From: Geopsychrobacteraceae bacterium
GTDB lineage: Bacteria; Desulfobacterota; Desulfuromonadia; Desulfuromonadales; Geopsychrobacteraceae
Direction: 5' to 3'
Assembly: GCA_963676795.2 (NCBI GenBank)
Contig: CAXXTB010000002.1
Span: forward strand, 2,208,001-2,272,000
Length of the DNA: 64,000 nt
Each line of letters opens with the position of its first letter. Positions within the stretch are counted from its first letter, which is position 1. Position numbers and translations under genes: made by a program. The notes below the pieces were generated by a model. It was not told where the DNA came from. It did not search any database and saw only the letters and a list, made by a program, of their open reading frames with translations. Shown here one piece after another: positions 19,373 to 27,512 of the stretch.

Positions 19373-21277
19373 TTAACAGTCTTTGGTATCGAGATTCTCG
19401 GTAATCCTGTTGCCTTTCGTCTTGAACTCCTCCAGGTACAGTGCGATCCGCTCTTTGGCCAGATCCAGATCGAGATTGTTCAGGTTGATGTTGAGCAGAT
19501 CGATATACCAGGGCACCTTGACCGGATCCTTGACGTAGGCCTCGACAATCGCCAGGGCGATCGGCAGGGTCGTGGTTTTCGATTCCTCGTAGACATCGCG
19601 GCTGTCAGCAGCCAGCAACTTGGCATATTCCTCCCTGAGCAGGCGGTCAAAGACCTCCGGGCTGAAAAGTTCACCAGCCTTCAGACCGGTTTGTGGATCA
19701 TCCTCGGTCAGTGCCGCACCCTTGTGCAGCCACTCCCAGAGGATACTCAGGCGGATCTCGCCGGTCGCCGCGTCCTCCATCAGGTAGAGGATGTCATCAT
19801 TGCCGAAGAAATCGGCCGGTTTGAGCGCCGCCGCCTGCATCCCCTGGCCGAAGGCGTTGCCGTATTGCAGGGCGACACTGAGCAGGTTGCGGGCCCCGCG
19901 GATGGTCCTTGGTGCGGGCTCGAGCAGGGTCAGCCCGGCCGCGTCCTCGGCACTGTAGGTCAGCGGCGGGAAGTTGCGTCCCAACTGATTGGCCTCACCG
20001 ACCTCGGCCCAGACCGGACGGATGATCTGGGCCATCTTCCAGTGAGCGATCCACTTGCCGCTGGCCCCTTCGCTCTGTTCACGCACGGCACCGGCCCGCG
20101 CCTTTTTCATACTGTCGGCCACCCCCTGCTCCGAGCCAACCGGAATGTTCGGCTCCATCCCCCCCTGCCAGAGAGCGAAATTGCCGTTTTTATCCGGGGT
20201 GTTGACGGCCCGTCTGACGCGGTCTTCATAGTTGCGCATGTAACCGTAGGTCATGGTGATCGATTCGATATTCGGATTGATGAAGTCGCCGTCCCAGCAG
20301 TTGGCATCGGCAACGCTGTTGATATAGTCCCAGCGCCCGGTGTTGAAGCCGACGAAATGAAGCCCCAGGGCTGCGCGGATCTCCATCAGCTGAAAGGTCG
20401 CTTCAAGCTGCTCGATCAGAACGTAGGTCTTGATCGAGCCGACCGGCAGTTCCAGATAGTCTTCCAGGACCGTCAGCAGCTTGTTCCAGAAACCGGCCTC
20501 TTCAGCGGTCTGGATCTTCGGCAGGTAGAGGACGATCGATGAACCGGCGGCCCGCAGAGCCTGGTAATTATTGACGACATAGAGGGTCAAATCGACAATC
20601 GATGCCGACAGCGACTGGCCGTCGACCCGGATATGGCGATCATCAAGGTGCAGACCGCGCGCCCTGAAGATTTTGGTCGTGAACTCAAGCTGGGCACGCC
20701 AATCGCTGATGATCTCCCGGCCCAGAAATCCTTGAGCCCAGGCATTCATCTCGCCGGCAACCTGCTCTGCCACCTCGAGAAACAGGGAATCGTGGCTGAT
20801 CGCCAGCTTCAGGCTGCGCTGGTTATCGAGCGACATGGTCGTGACCTGACCGAGCGCGTCCTCACCGTCAAACATCCAGCCGTCGGTCCCGGAGAGCAGA
20901 GCGTAGGCGACATTACGCAGGCTTGATGAGACCGAAGTATTCGGCTTGGCAGCCGGTCCGGTCCCCTGCAGCCACTGGCACTGCAGATCGTGGGGAATTT
21001 CCGATCCGATAAAATTCCCGTCCCGGGCATCCCGAACACGAATACCGGTACCTGGAATCTCACTCTGCGGATCCAAAAAGGTGATGGGGCGGCGATTTCT
21101 GAGACGCTGGTTGCGGCGCTCGGTCCGGGCCCGCATCAGGCTCTTCTGCTCGGCGTCAAAACGGGTCATGTGCCTGAGAGCAGCGAGAACCTCGGCTGTA
21201 TAGATATCCTGGTATTCATCCGCCAGAGAATCGCGGATCTGCAACTGCGGACAGTCCTGTTGCGTTGCGCTGGCCAT
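19373..21277 (-). CDS. aceB: Malate synthase
   Basis: [44 protein letters not shown] and [10 protein letters not shown] motifs. AGGAGG RBS before ATG 21277. Co-oriented upstream of aceA. Confidence 0.9.
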   Translation of the reverse strand: MASATQQDCPQLQIRDSLADEYQDIYTAEVLAALRHMTRFDAEQKSLMRARTERRNQRLRNRRPITFLDPQSEIPGTGIRVRDARDGNFIGSEIPHDLQCQWLQGTGPAAKPNTSVSSSLRNVAYALLSGTDGWMFDGEDALGQVTTMSLDNQRSLKLAISHDSLFLEVAEQVAGEMNAWAQGFLGREIISDWRAQLEFTTKIFRARGLHLDDRHIRVDGQSLSASIVDLTLYVVNNYQALRAAGSSIVLYLPKIQTAEEAGFWNKLLTVLEDYLELPVGSIKTYVLIEQLEATFQLMEIRAALGLHFVGFNTGRWDYINSVADANCWDGDFINPNIESITMTYGYMRNYEDRVRRAVNTPDKNGNFALWQGGMEPNIPVGSEQGVADSMKKARAGAVREQSEGASGKWIAHWKMAQIIRPVWAEVGEANQLGRNFPPLTYSAEDAAGLTLLEPAPRTIRGARNLLSVALQYGNAFGQGMQAAALKPADFFGNDDILYLMEDAATGEIRLSILWEWLHKGAALTEDDPQTGLKAGELFSPEVFDRLLREEYAKLLAADSRDVYEESKTTTLPIALAIVEAYVKDPVKVPWYIDLLNINLNNLDLDLAKERIALYLEEFKTKGNRITENLDTKDC

Positions 21278-21592
21278 TTCCTCCTCCTTTGTTTGGTAAA
21301 ACCGGGTTATCTGTGGATCTGAAATACACAAACAACTGCAAACAAACCAATTATGACCTTTCAGGTAATTAAATCGACATATGACGTCCAGGTCAACCGC
21401 CGAAGCAAAAAAACATTGTTTTGAAATATTATTTTTTCTTTAAACCCATGCCAGTCGGCATTCTCCTGTCAATCATCTTAAATTCTGTCCGGCATAATGC
21501 AAACTCACCCAGCACAAGAAAACTTCTCTTCCAGGTCAGGCGATATGCTAAGATTATCTCTGACCACAAAAGTCATATTTATTTTTACATCT

Positions 21593-21634
21593 TTGACCTG
21601 TATCAATTTTTTTCACCGGGCCAGACGATAGACT
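21593..21634 (+). promoter_or_regulatory. FNR/DNR-type box with class II-spaced -10 element
   Basis: TTGAC-CTGT-ATCAA at 21593-21606 (consensus TTGAT-N4-ATCAA). TAGACT at 21629-21634 places the box near -41.5. Confidence 0.6.
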
Positions 21635-21678
21635 CACGGCACAACCTAAAAACGACTAGGCGCGCAAGGATAATTAAG

Positions 21679-22908
21679 ATGACAACAGCAAGCTTGAGTA
21701 TCGATATGACGGTAAAAGAGGTTCTGGAACACTGGCCGGAAACTCTCGATGTCTTTATTGCCAACGGTTTTGAAAACTTCCGCGATGAAAAACAGCGCAA
21801 TGCGGTCGCTGCCTTTCTGAAAATAGAACGTGCTGCAAAGACCAGAAATTACGATCCGGATAATTTTCTGAAGCTTCTCCAGGCCAGGATCGATGAACAG
21901 CTGAATCTGGCCGACGTGACCATGAAGCAGACGCATATCAGCCAGGGTGACGTCACTGTGACCGGTCTGCTCCCCTGCCCGGTCAGACTGCCGCTGCTTG
22001 AAGGCTTTGACGCCTTTGTTGAGAACTACACGGCAACGACGGGGAACAGCGTCAGCTACAAGCTGGAAGCAGCTTCGGTCGGTGCCGACTGGATCGAAGA
22101 GAACATTCAATCGATCGAGAGCGAAGAGGCCCTGCCGGACATCTTTGTCTCGGCCGGGTTTGAAACCTTTTTCGATCAGAAAACCATCGGCCGCTTCAAG
22201 CAACAGGGTATCTTCACCGATATTACAGCGGACAGGGTCAATGCGACCTTCGATGCCATTGACATCAAGGACCCGAAAGGGGATTACTCGATCATCGCCG
22301 CGGTTCCGGCCGTGTTCATGATCAATCACGATGTTCTGGGCGACCTGCCGATTCCCCGCAGCTGGGCCGACCTGCTCAAACCTGAGTACGAGCAGCAGGT
22401 CGCTCTGCCGGTCGGTGACTTCGACCTGTTCAACGCGATCCTGCTGTCGATCTATAAGGAACACGGCGAAGAGGGGGTCAGGAAGCTGGGGCGCTGCATG
22501 CTCAAATCGATGCACCCCTCGCAGATGGTCAAGAACGCCAAGCGCGTCGAGGAGGAAAAACCGGTGGTCACCATCATGCCCTACTTCTTTACCAAGATGG
22601 TGGCCATGGTCAAATCGCTCGAAATCGTCTGGCCGGAGGATGGGGCCGTGATCAGTCCGATCTTCATGCTGACCAAAAAGACCAGCCTGACAAAGGTCCG
22701 GCCGATCGCCGAATTCCTGGCGAGCAGGGAAATCGGCGAACTGCTCTCCCACAGAGGCCTGTTTCCGTCGCTTCATCCGGAGGTCGACAACCGTATGGAT
22801 GAGCGCCCGTGGAAATGGATCGGTTGGGATTATATCTACCAAAACGATATCGGTGAACTGATCCGCCGGACCAATGCGATCTTCGATCAATCGATGTATT
22901 CAGCTTAA
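21679..22908 (+). CDS. Solute-binding-protein-fold protein with N-terminal DUF1858-like domain, no signal peptide
   Basis: AAGGA RBS before ATG 21679. N-terminal DMTVKEVLEHWPETLDVF, GLLPCPVRLP, and SBP motifs PRSWADLLKPEY and IVWPEDGAVISP. Confidence 0.8.
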   Translation: MTTASLSIDMTVKEVLEHWPETLDVFIANGFENFRDEKQRNAVAAFLKIERAAKTRNYDPDNFLKLLQARIDEQLNLADVTMKQTHISQGDVTVTGLLPCPVRLPLLEGFDAFVENYTATTGNSVSYKLEAASVGADWIEENIQSIESEEALPDIFVSAGFETFFDQKTIGRFKQQGIFTDITADRVNATFDAIDIKDPKGDYSIIAAVPAVFMINHDVLGDLPIPRSWADLLKPEYEQQVALPVGDFDLFNAILLSIYKEHGEEGVRKLGRCMLKSMHPSQMVKNAKRVEEEKPVVTIMPYFFTKMVAMVKSLEIVWPEDGAVISPIFMLTKKTSLTKVRPIAEFLASREIGELLSHRGLFPSLHPEVDNRMDERPWKWIGWDYIYQNDIGELIRRTNAIFDQSMYSA

Positions 22909-22917
22909 GGACAGAGC

Positions 22918-23601
22918 ATGCGCTTTCTAACCGTTTCCGGACCACCCTCCTCGGGCAAAACCTCGGTTATCCTGCGGGTCATCGAAGCCCTGCAGGCCCG
23001 CCAGCGCAAGATCGGCGTCGTCAAGTTCGACTGCCTGCTGACCGAGGACGACAAACGCTACGAGGCAAAAGGTGTGCTTGTGCAGAAAGGGCTCTCAGGA
23101 GCACTCTGCCCCGATCATTATTTCGTCAGCAATATCGAAGCCTGCGTCCGCTGGGGGCAGGACAACCAGTGTGAATACCTGATCAGTGAAAGTGCCGGGC
23201 TGTGCAATCGCTGTTCGCCGCATATCAAGGAGATCACCGCGGTCTGCGTCATCGACAACTTAAGCGGCATCAACACCCCGCGCAAGATCGGACCGATGCT
23301 TAAATCGGCGGATATCGTTGTCATCACCAAAGGGGATATCGTCTCCCAGGCTGAACGGGAGGTGTTTGCTTCACGCGTCAAGCAGGTCAACCCCGGGGCG
23401 ATTATCATGCATGTCAACGGCATCACCGGTCAGGGTGCCTTTGAGCTGACCAGCCTCTTTGAAGAGGCCTCCGACATCGACACCCTGAAGGGCAAGACTC
23501 TGCGTTTTTCCATGCCGGCGGCGCTCTGTTCCTACTGCCTGGGCGAAACCCGCATCGGTGATGAACATCAGTCCGGCAACATCCGCAAGATGGATATTTA
23601 A
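22918..23601 (+). CDS. G3E-family (HypB/UreG-like) metal-binding GTPase
   Basis: GPPSSGKT Walker A, LCPDH, ESAGLCNRC (ExxG), ITKGD G4 motif, C-terminal CSYC. Confidence 0.85.
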   Translation: MRFLTVSGPPSSGKTSVILRVIEALQARQRKIGVVKFDCLLTEDDKRYEAKGVLVQKGLSGALCPDHYFVSNIEACVRWGQDNQCEYLISESAGLCNRCSPHIKEITAVCVIDNLSGINTPRKIGPMLKSADIVVITKGDIVSQAEREVFASRVKQVNPGAIIMHVNGITGQGAFELTSLFEEASDIDTLKGKTLRFSMPAALCSYCLGETRIGDEHQSGNIRKMDI

Positions 23602-23603
23602 CG

Positions 23604-24602
23604 ATGAAAAAACAAGAACTCTACGCTAAGCCACTGATCGAACTGCTTGCCGATCATCCTTACGTTGAAGACTTCTTCGCTTCATTCGGCATTTCACTCG
23701 GCGATCAGAACTGCTCTCTTGAGCAGTTTTTAACCCGGCTCAAAGCGGATGCGCTCGAAGATCTGGGCATCAGCAGGGAACAGCTGTGCACAAGCCTTGA
23801 CGATTTCCTCTCCGGCATGCTGGCCCTGCACAGCCCGCTCGACAAGGTGGAGTCGTTGACCATCATCGGTGGTCACAATAAATCGGGAGCAGCGGAGGAT
23901 ATCGAACTGATTCTCAAGCCAGGAGAAGTGGTCTGCATCGTCGGCCCGACCGGTTCCGGCAAAAGTCGCCTGCTCGCCGATATCGAATGGGTTGCGCAAG
24001 GCGATACGCCGACCGGGCGCAGGATTCTTATCAACGGCCAGATTCCGGACAGCAAGTGGCGTTTTTCCAGCGAACACAAACTGGTTGCCCAGCTCTCGCA
24101 GAACATGAACTTCGTTATGGATTTAAGCGCCGAAGAGTTCATCCGCATGCATGCCGAGTGCCGCCTCGTCCCCGACATCGACGAAAAGGTCAGGCAGATC
24201 CTTGACCAGGCCAACGACCTGGCCGGAGAAAAGTTCCGCCCCGACACCCCTGTCACCTCATTGAGTGGCGGGCAATCGCGGGCACTGATGATTGCCGACA
24301 TGGCCTTTTTGAGCAAATCACCGATCGCCCTGATCGATGAAATCGAAAACGCCGGCATTGACCGCAAGAAAGCCCTGGATCTGCTGGTACGGAAAGAGAA
24401 GATCATCCTGATGGCCACCCACGACCCGATCCTCGCCCTGCTCGGCAAACGGCGCCTGGTCATCAGTAACGGCGGAATCGCCAAGATTATCGAATCGAGC
24501 GAGGCAGAGCGCAAGAACCTGACCTATCTCGAACAGCTTGATAACCAATTACTGGCACTGAGAAACAGAATACGACTCGGTGACACCCTGGAACATATTT
24601 AG
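23604..24602 (+). CDS. ABC-type ATPase with N-terminal DUF1858-like extension
   Basis: GPTGSGKS, LSQN Q-loop, LSGGQ signature, IALIDEIEN Walker B, ATHD switch. Confidence 0.88.
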   Translation: MKKQELYAKPLIELLADHPYVEDFFASFGISLGDQNCSLEQFLTRLKADALEDLGISREQLCTSLDDFLSGMLALHSPLDKVESLTIIGGHNKSGAAEDIELILKPGEVVCIVGPTGSGKSRLLADIEWVAQGDTPTGRRILINGQIPDSKWRFSSEHKLVAQLSQNMNFVMDLSAEEFIRMHAECRLVPDIDEKVRQILDQANDLAGEKFRPDTPVTSLSGGQSRALMIADMAFLSKSPIALIDEIENAGIDRKKALDLLVRKEKIILMATHDPILALLGKRRLVISNGGIAKIIESSEAERKNLTYLEQLDNQLLALRNRIRLGDTLEHI

Positions 24603-24613
24603 GAGGCAAAGCA

Positions 24614-24853
24614 ATGCACGAAGGATGCGAAGGAAGTCTAGGAAACGGCGGACAGATCGTCAACAAACTCAGACAGATGGGCTTCAGCCAGACGCCCCTG
24701 CCTGTTCCGGCAGAGATCAACTGCGCCTGCAACTCGACTTTCACCATGAGCACCATGGAAGGCCGCTGTGACAACTGCGGCATGGTCTACGGCGTCACGC
24801 CCTGCCATGCCAACGATCCGGCCAATATCGAGGCGGCCGGCATCAATTACTAA
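24614..24853 (+). CDS. Small Cys/His-rich metal-binding protein (mini HypA-like)
   Basis: AGGAGG RBS, MHEGC N-terminus, CAC...CDNC ribbon, TPCH. Followed by a terminator. Confidence 0.75.
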   Translation: MHEGCEGSLGNGGQIVNKLRQMGFSQTPLPVPAEINCACNSTFTMSTMEGRCDNCGMVYGVTPCHANDPANIEAAGINY

Positions 24854-24866
24854 CGTCCAAGACCGT

Positions 24867-24889
24867 AAGGCGGGAGCTATCCCGCCTTT
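24867..24889. terminator. Hairpin terminator between convergent genes
   Basis: AAGGCGGGA-GCTA-TCCCGCCTT. Confidence 0.65.
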
Positions 24890-24892
24890 CGT

Positions 24893-25558
24893 CTATAAAC
24901 AGCTGACAGCCAGGTTCTGCCGGTCGGCAACCGAGCAGATATAGTCCCAGAGCAGCTTCTGATCGGATTCGGAGATATTGCAGAAAACGACACCGACAAC
25001 AATCTTGCGCTGTCCGCTATCGTCCTGGTCGACCTGGGACCAGCAGGCCTTGGCCAGAAGCTTCAGCTGAATATCGCTGTCAGGCAGGATGAAATCGAGC
25101 ATCAGGCAATCGCCCTTGGCCGGGAAACCATCTGCAGCATCAAACAACAGACAGCAACCGTCCAGACTCAGATTGACGAACCTAGAGTAGGACTCACGCT
25201 CACAGAAGCTGACATGGGCCTCGGCGTATTGATCAAACAGATGACGATAGTGATTTCGCGCACCGGTCATCATCCCCTTCAAAGCCCCGACGAACTTGTC
25301 CTTCCCCCTACCGTTAGTCTGATTGGCCAGAACACTCTTATCATGGTGACGTTCCGCAATAGTTTCCTGCAGCATCTTCTTGTAGTGAAAAAGACGCTTG
25401 ACCAGATCGTTTCGATCATACGTCATACCGTTTGCAGAAATCTGGATATCCGTGACATTGACCTGCTGATGACAATGAGGACAGGTCAGAACCTGCAGTT
25501 CAACCAGTAGATCCGAAACTATCTTACCCTGACATTCAGGACATTTCATAACGAGCAT
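24893..25558 (-). CDS. PilZ-domain protein with N-terminal zinc ribbon
   Basis: CPEC...CPHC ribbon, RNHYR (RxxxR) and NLSLDG (D/NxSxxG), GVVF terminal strand. Confidence 0.8.
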   Translation of the reverse strand: MLVMKCPECQGKIVSDLLVELQVLTCPHCHQQVNVTDIQISANGMTYDRNDLVKRLFHYKKMLQETIAERHHDKSVLANQTNGRGKDKFVGALKGMMTGARNHYRHLFDQYAEAHVSFCERESYSRFVNLSLDGCCLLFDAADGFPAKGDCLMLDFILPDSDIQLKLLAKACWSQVDQDDSGQRKIVVGVVFCNISESDQKLLWDYICSVADRQNLAVSCL

Positions 25559-25789
25559 AGAACCCTCTGAATTCCGCTAAAGCTAAAGTATTTGTGCAGG
25601 AGGAGGTAAGAGCGGACAGGCCTGCATGGTCTCTGATTTCATTTGACTGCTCTGGCAGGATATTTACATCCTAATATTAGTCAGAACTAATTTCAAGCCA
25701 GAAACAAAAAAACACGGCGAAGAGCTTATCCATATCCATAAAATGATGTTATATTTTCGCTCAAATTCTAATTTTCCAAGGAGCAGTCG

Positions 25790-26971
25790 ATGCAAATCAG
25801 CACCTTTCACCCACCACAACGAACATTGATGGGGCCCGGGCCATCCGATGTCAGCCCGCGTGTCCTGGAGGCCCTTGGCCGGCCGACGATCGGTCACCTC
25901 GATCCGCAATTCATAACCCTCATGGATGAGCTCAAGGAACTGTTGCAGTATGTTTTTCAGACCGGCAACGCCCTGACCATGCCTGTTTCTGCGCCAGGAT
26001 CGGCCGGCATGGAAACCTGCTTTGTCAATCTGGTCGAACCGGGGGACAAGGTTATCGTCTGCCAGAATGGAGTGTTTGGCGGGCGCATGAAGGAAAACGT
26101 CATCCGCTGTGGCGGGACCCTGGTAGCTGTCGATGACGAATGGGGCAAGGCGGTTGATCCGGCCAAACTTGAGGACGCCTTAAAAGCCAATCCGGATGCA
26201 AAAATCGTCGCCTTCGTCCAGGGGGAAACCTCGACAGGAGTCCTCTCGGATGTCAAAACCCTGGTCGAAATCGCTCACAAATATAACTGTCTGACGATTG
26301 TCGATGCGGTCACCTCCCTTGGTGGGGTGCCGTTACTCGTCGATGAATGGGGCGTCGATGCCATCTATTCAGGCTCACAGAAATGTCTGTCCTGCGTCCC
26401 AGGCCTCTCCCCGGTCAGCTTCAATGCGGCGGCACAGGAAAAGATCAGCAAACGCAAAAGCCCGGTCCAGAGCTGGTTTCTCGATCTGAATCTGGTCATG
26501 GGCTACTGGGGGAAAGGCGTCAAGAGATCCTATCACCATACCGCACCGGTCAACGCCCTCTACAGCCTCCATGAAGCCCTGCTGATCATTAAGGAAGAAG
26601 GGTTGGAAAATGCCTGGAAGCGTCATGCCTGTCATCATCAGGCGTTGAAAATTGGTTTTGAGGCAATGGGCTTAAGCCTGCTGGTCGACGAACAGGTGCG
26701 CCTGCCACAATTGAATGCCGTCACGATACCAGACGGGGTCGAGGATGCCGTGGTCCGTACTCAACTGCTGCAAAACTATGATCTGGAAATCGGCGCGGGT
26801 CTCGGCACGCTGGCCGGCAAGGTCTGGAGAATCGGCCTTATGGGCCATGCCTGCAACAAGCGCAATGTTCTCTACTGCTTAAGCACCATGGATGCAGTAT
26901 TGACTCGGCTTGGCGCCAAAATAAACAGCGGAGCTGCAGTCAGGGCTGCCACTGATTTTTACGCGGATTGA
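25790..26971 (+). CDS. Alanine-glyoxylate/serine-pyruvate aminotransferase (class V PLP enzyme)
   Basis: LMGPGPS, GSAGME, ETSTGV, VDAVTSLGG, YSGSQKCL (PLP lysine), YHHTAP and WRIGLMG motifs. Confidence 0.92.
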   Translation: MQISTFHPPQRTLMGPGPSDVSPRVLEALGRPTIGHLDPQFITLMDELKELLQYVFQTGNALTMPVSAPGSAGMETCFVNLVEPGDKVIVCQNGVFGGRMKENVIRCGGTLVAVDDEWGKAVDPAKLEDALKANPDAKIVAFVQGETSTGVLSDVKTLVEIAHKYNCLTIVDAVTSLGGVPLLVDEWGVDAIYSGSQKCLSCVPGLSPVSFNAAAQEKISKRKSPVQSWFLDLNLVMGYWGKGVKRSYHHTAPVNALYSLHEALLIIKEEGLENAWKRHACHHQALKIGFEAMGLSLLVDEQVRLPQLNAVTIPDGVEDAVVRTQLLQNYDLEIGAGLGTLAGKVWRIGLMGHACNKRNVLYCLSTMDAVLTRLGAKINSGAAVRAATDFYAD

Positions 26972-26981
26972 TAGAAGGGAT

Positions 26982-27012
26982 AAAAAAAGCGGCTGATAAC
27001 AGCCGCTTTTTT
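26982..27012. terminator. Bidirectional intrinsic terminator
   Basis: A7-GCGGCTG-ATAA-CAGCCGC-T6 between the convergent aminotransferase and rplI. Confidence 0.85.
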
Positions 27013-27029
27013 CCAACATATCTTGTTGT

Positions 27030-27485
27030 TTAAGCTTCTTCAGCGACGACAACAACCTTGATTGCAGCAACAACACCTGCATCCAGCTTGATGGCAACAC
27101 TGTGTTCACCGAGGGTTTTGATCGGTTCGGCAAGCTGGATCTTTTTACGATCCACTTCGACGCCGGCAGCCTCAAGCTTGGCACCAATATCCATGCTGGT
27201 CACGGAACCGAACAGCTTGCCCTCTTCGCTGGCACGCTGAGTAAACTCACAGGTGACTTTTTCGATCTGTGCTTTGAGAACTTCGGCATCCTTGGTCAGT
27301 TTTTCCAGCTTACGAGCCAGCTGACGCTTGTGATGCTCAAGTTCCTTCATGTTACGCTCGTCAGCAACGCTGGCAAACCCCTGGGGCAACAGATAATTAC
27401 GGGCATAACCGGCTTTAACGCTGACGATGTCACCGATCTGGCCAAGCCCTTCAACATTTTCTTTCAAAATGACGTTCGTGTTCAT
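27030..27485 (-). CDS. rplI: 50S ribosomal protein L9
   Basis: VILKENVEGLG, VKAGYARNYLLP and GKLFGSVT motifs. Confidence 0.97.
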   Translation of the reverse strand: MNTNVILKENVEGLGQIGDIVSVKAGYARNYLLPQGFASVADERNMKELEHHKRQLARKLEKLTKDAEVLKAQIEKVTCEFTQRASEEGKLFGSVTSMDIGAKLEAAGVEVDRKKIQLAEPIKTLGEHSVAIKLDAGVVAAIKVVVVAEEA

Positions 27486-27512
27486 CTTATCTCCTCCATA
27501 GCGGAACGAGTT

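Noticed and set aside
19283..20542. Long antisense ORFs (also 21646-22890, 36947-38158, 38927-40081, 42711-43814, 54461-55816, 55910-57064, 59743-61107)
   Set aside because: Shadows of well-supported genes on the opposite strand in GC-rich DNA, with no recognisable motifs.
21421..21678. 86-aa N-terminal extension of the SBP-like ORF as a signal or TM segment
   Set aside because: It runs through AT-rich promoter sequence containing the FNR-like box. A good RBS supports ATG 21679.
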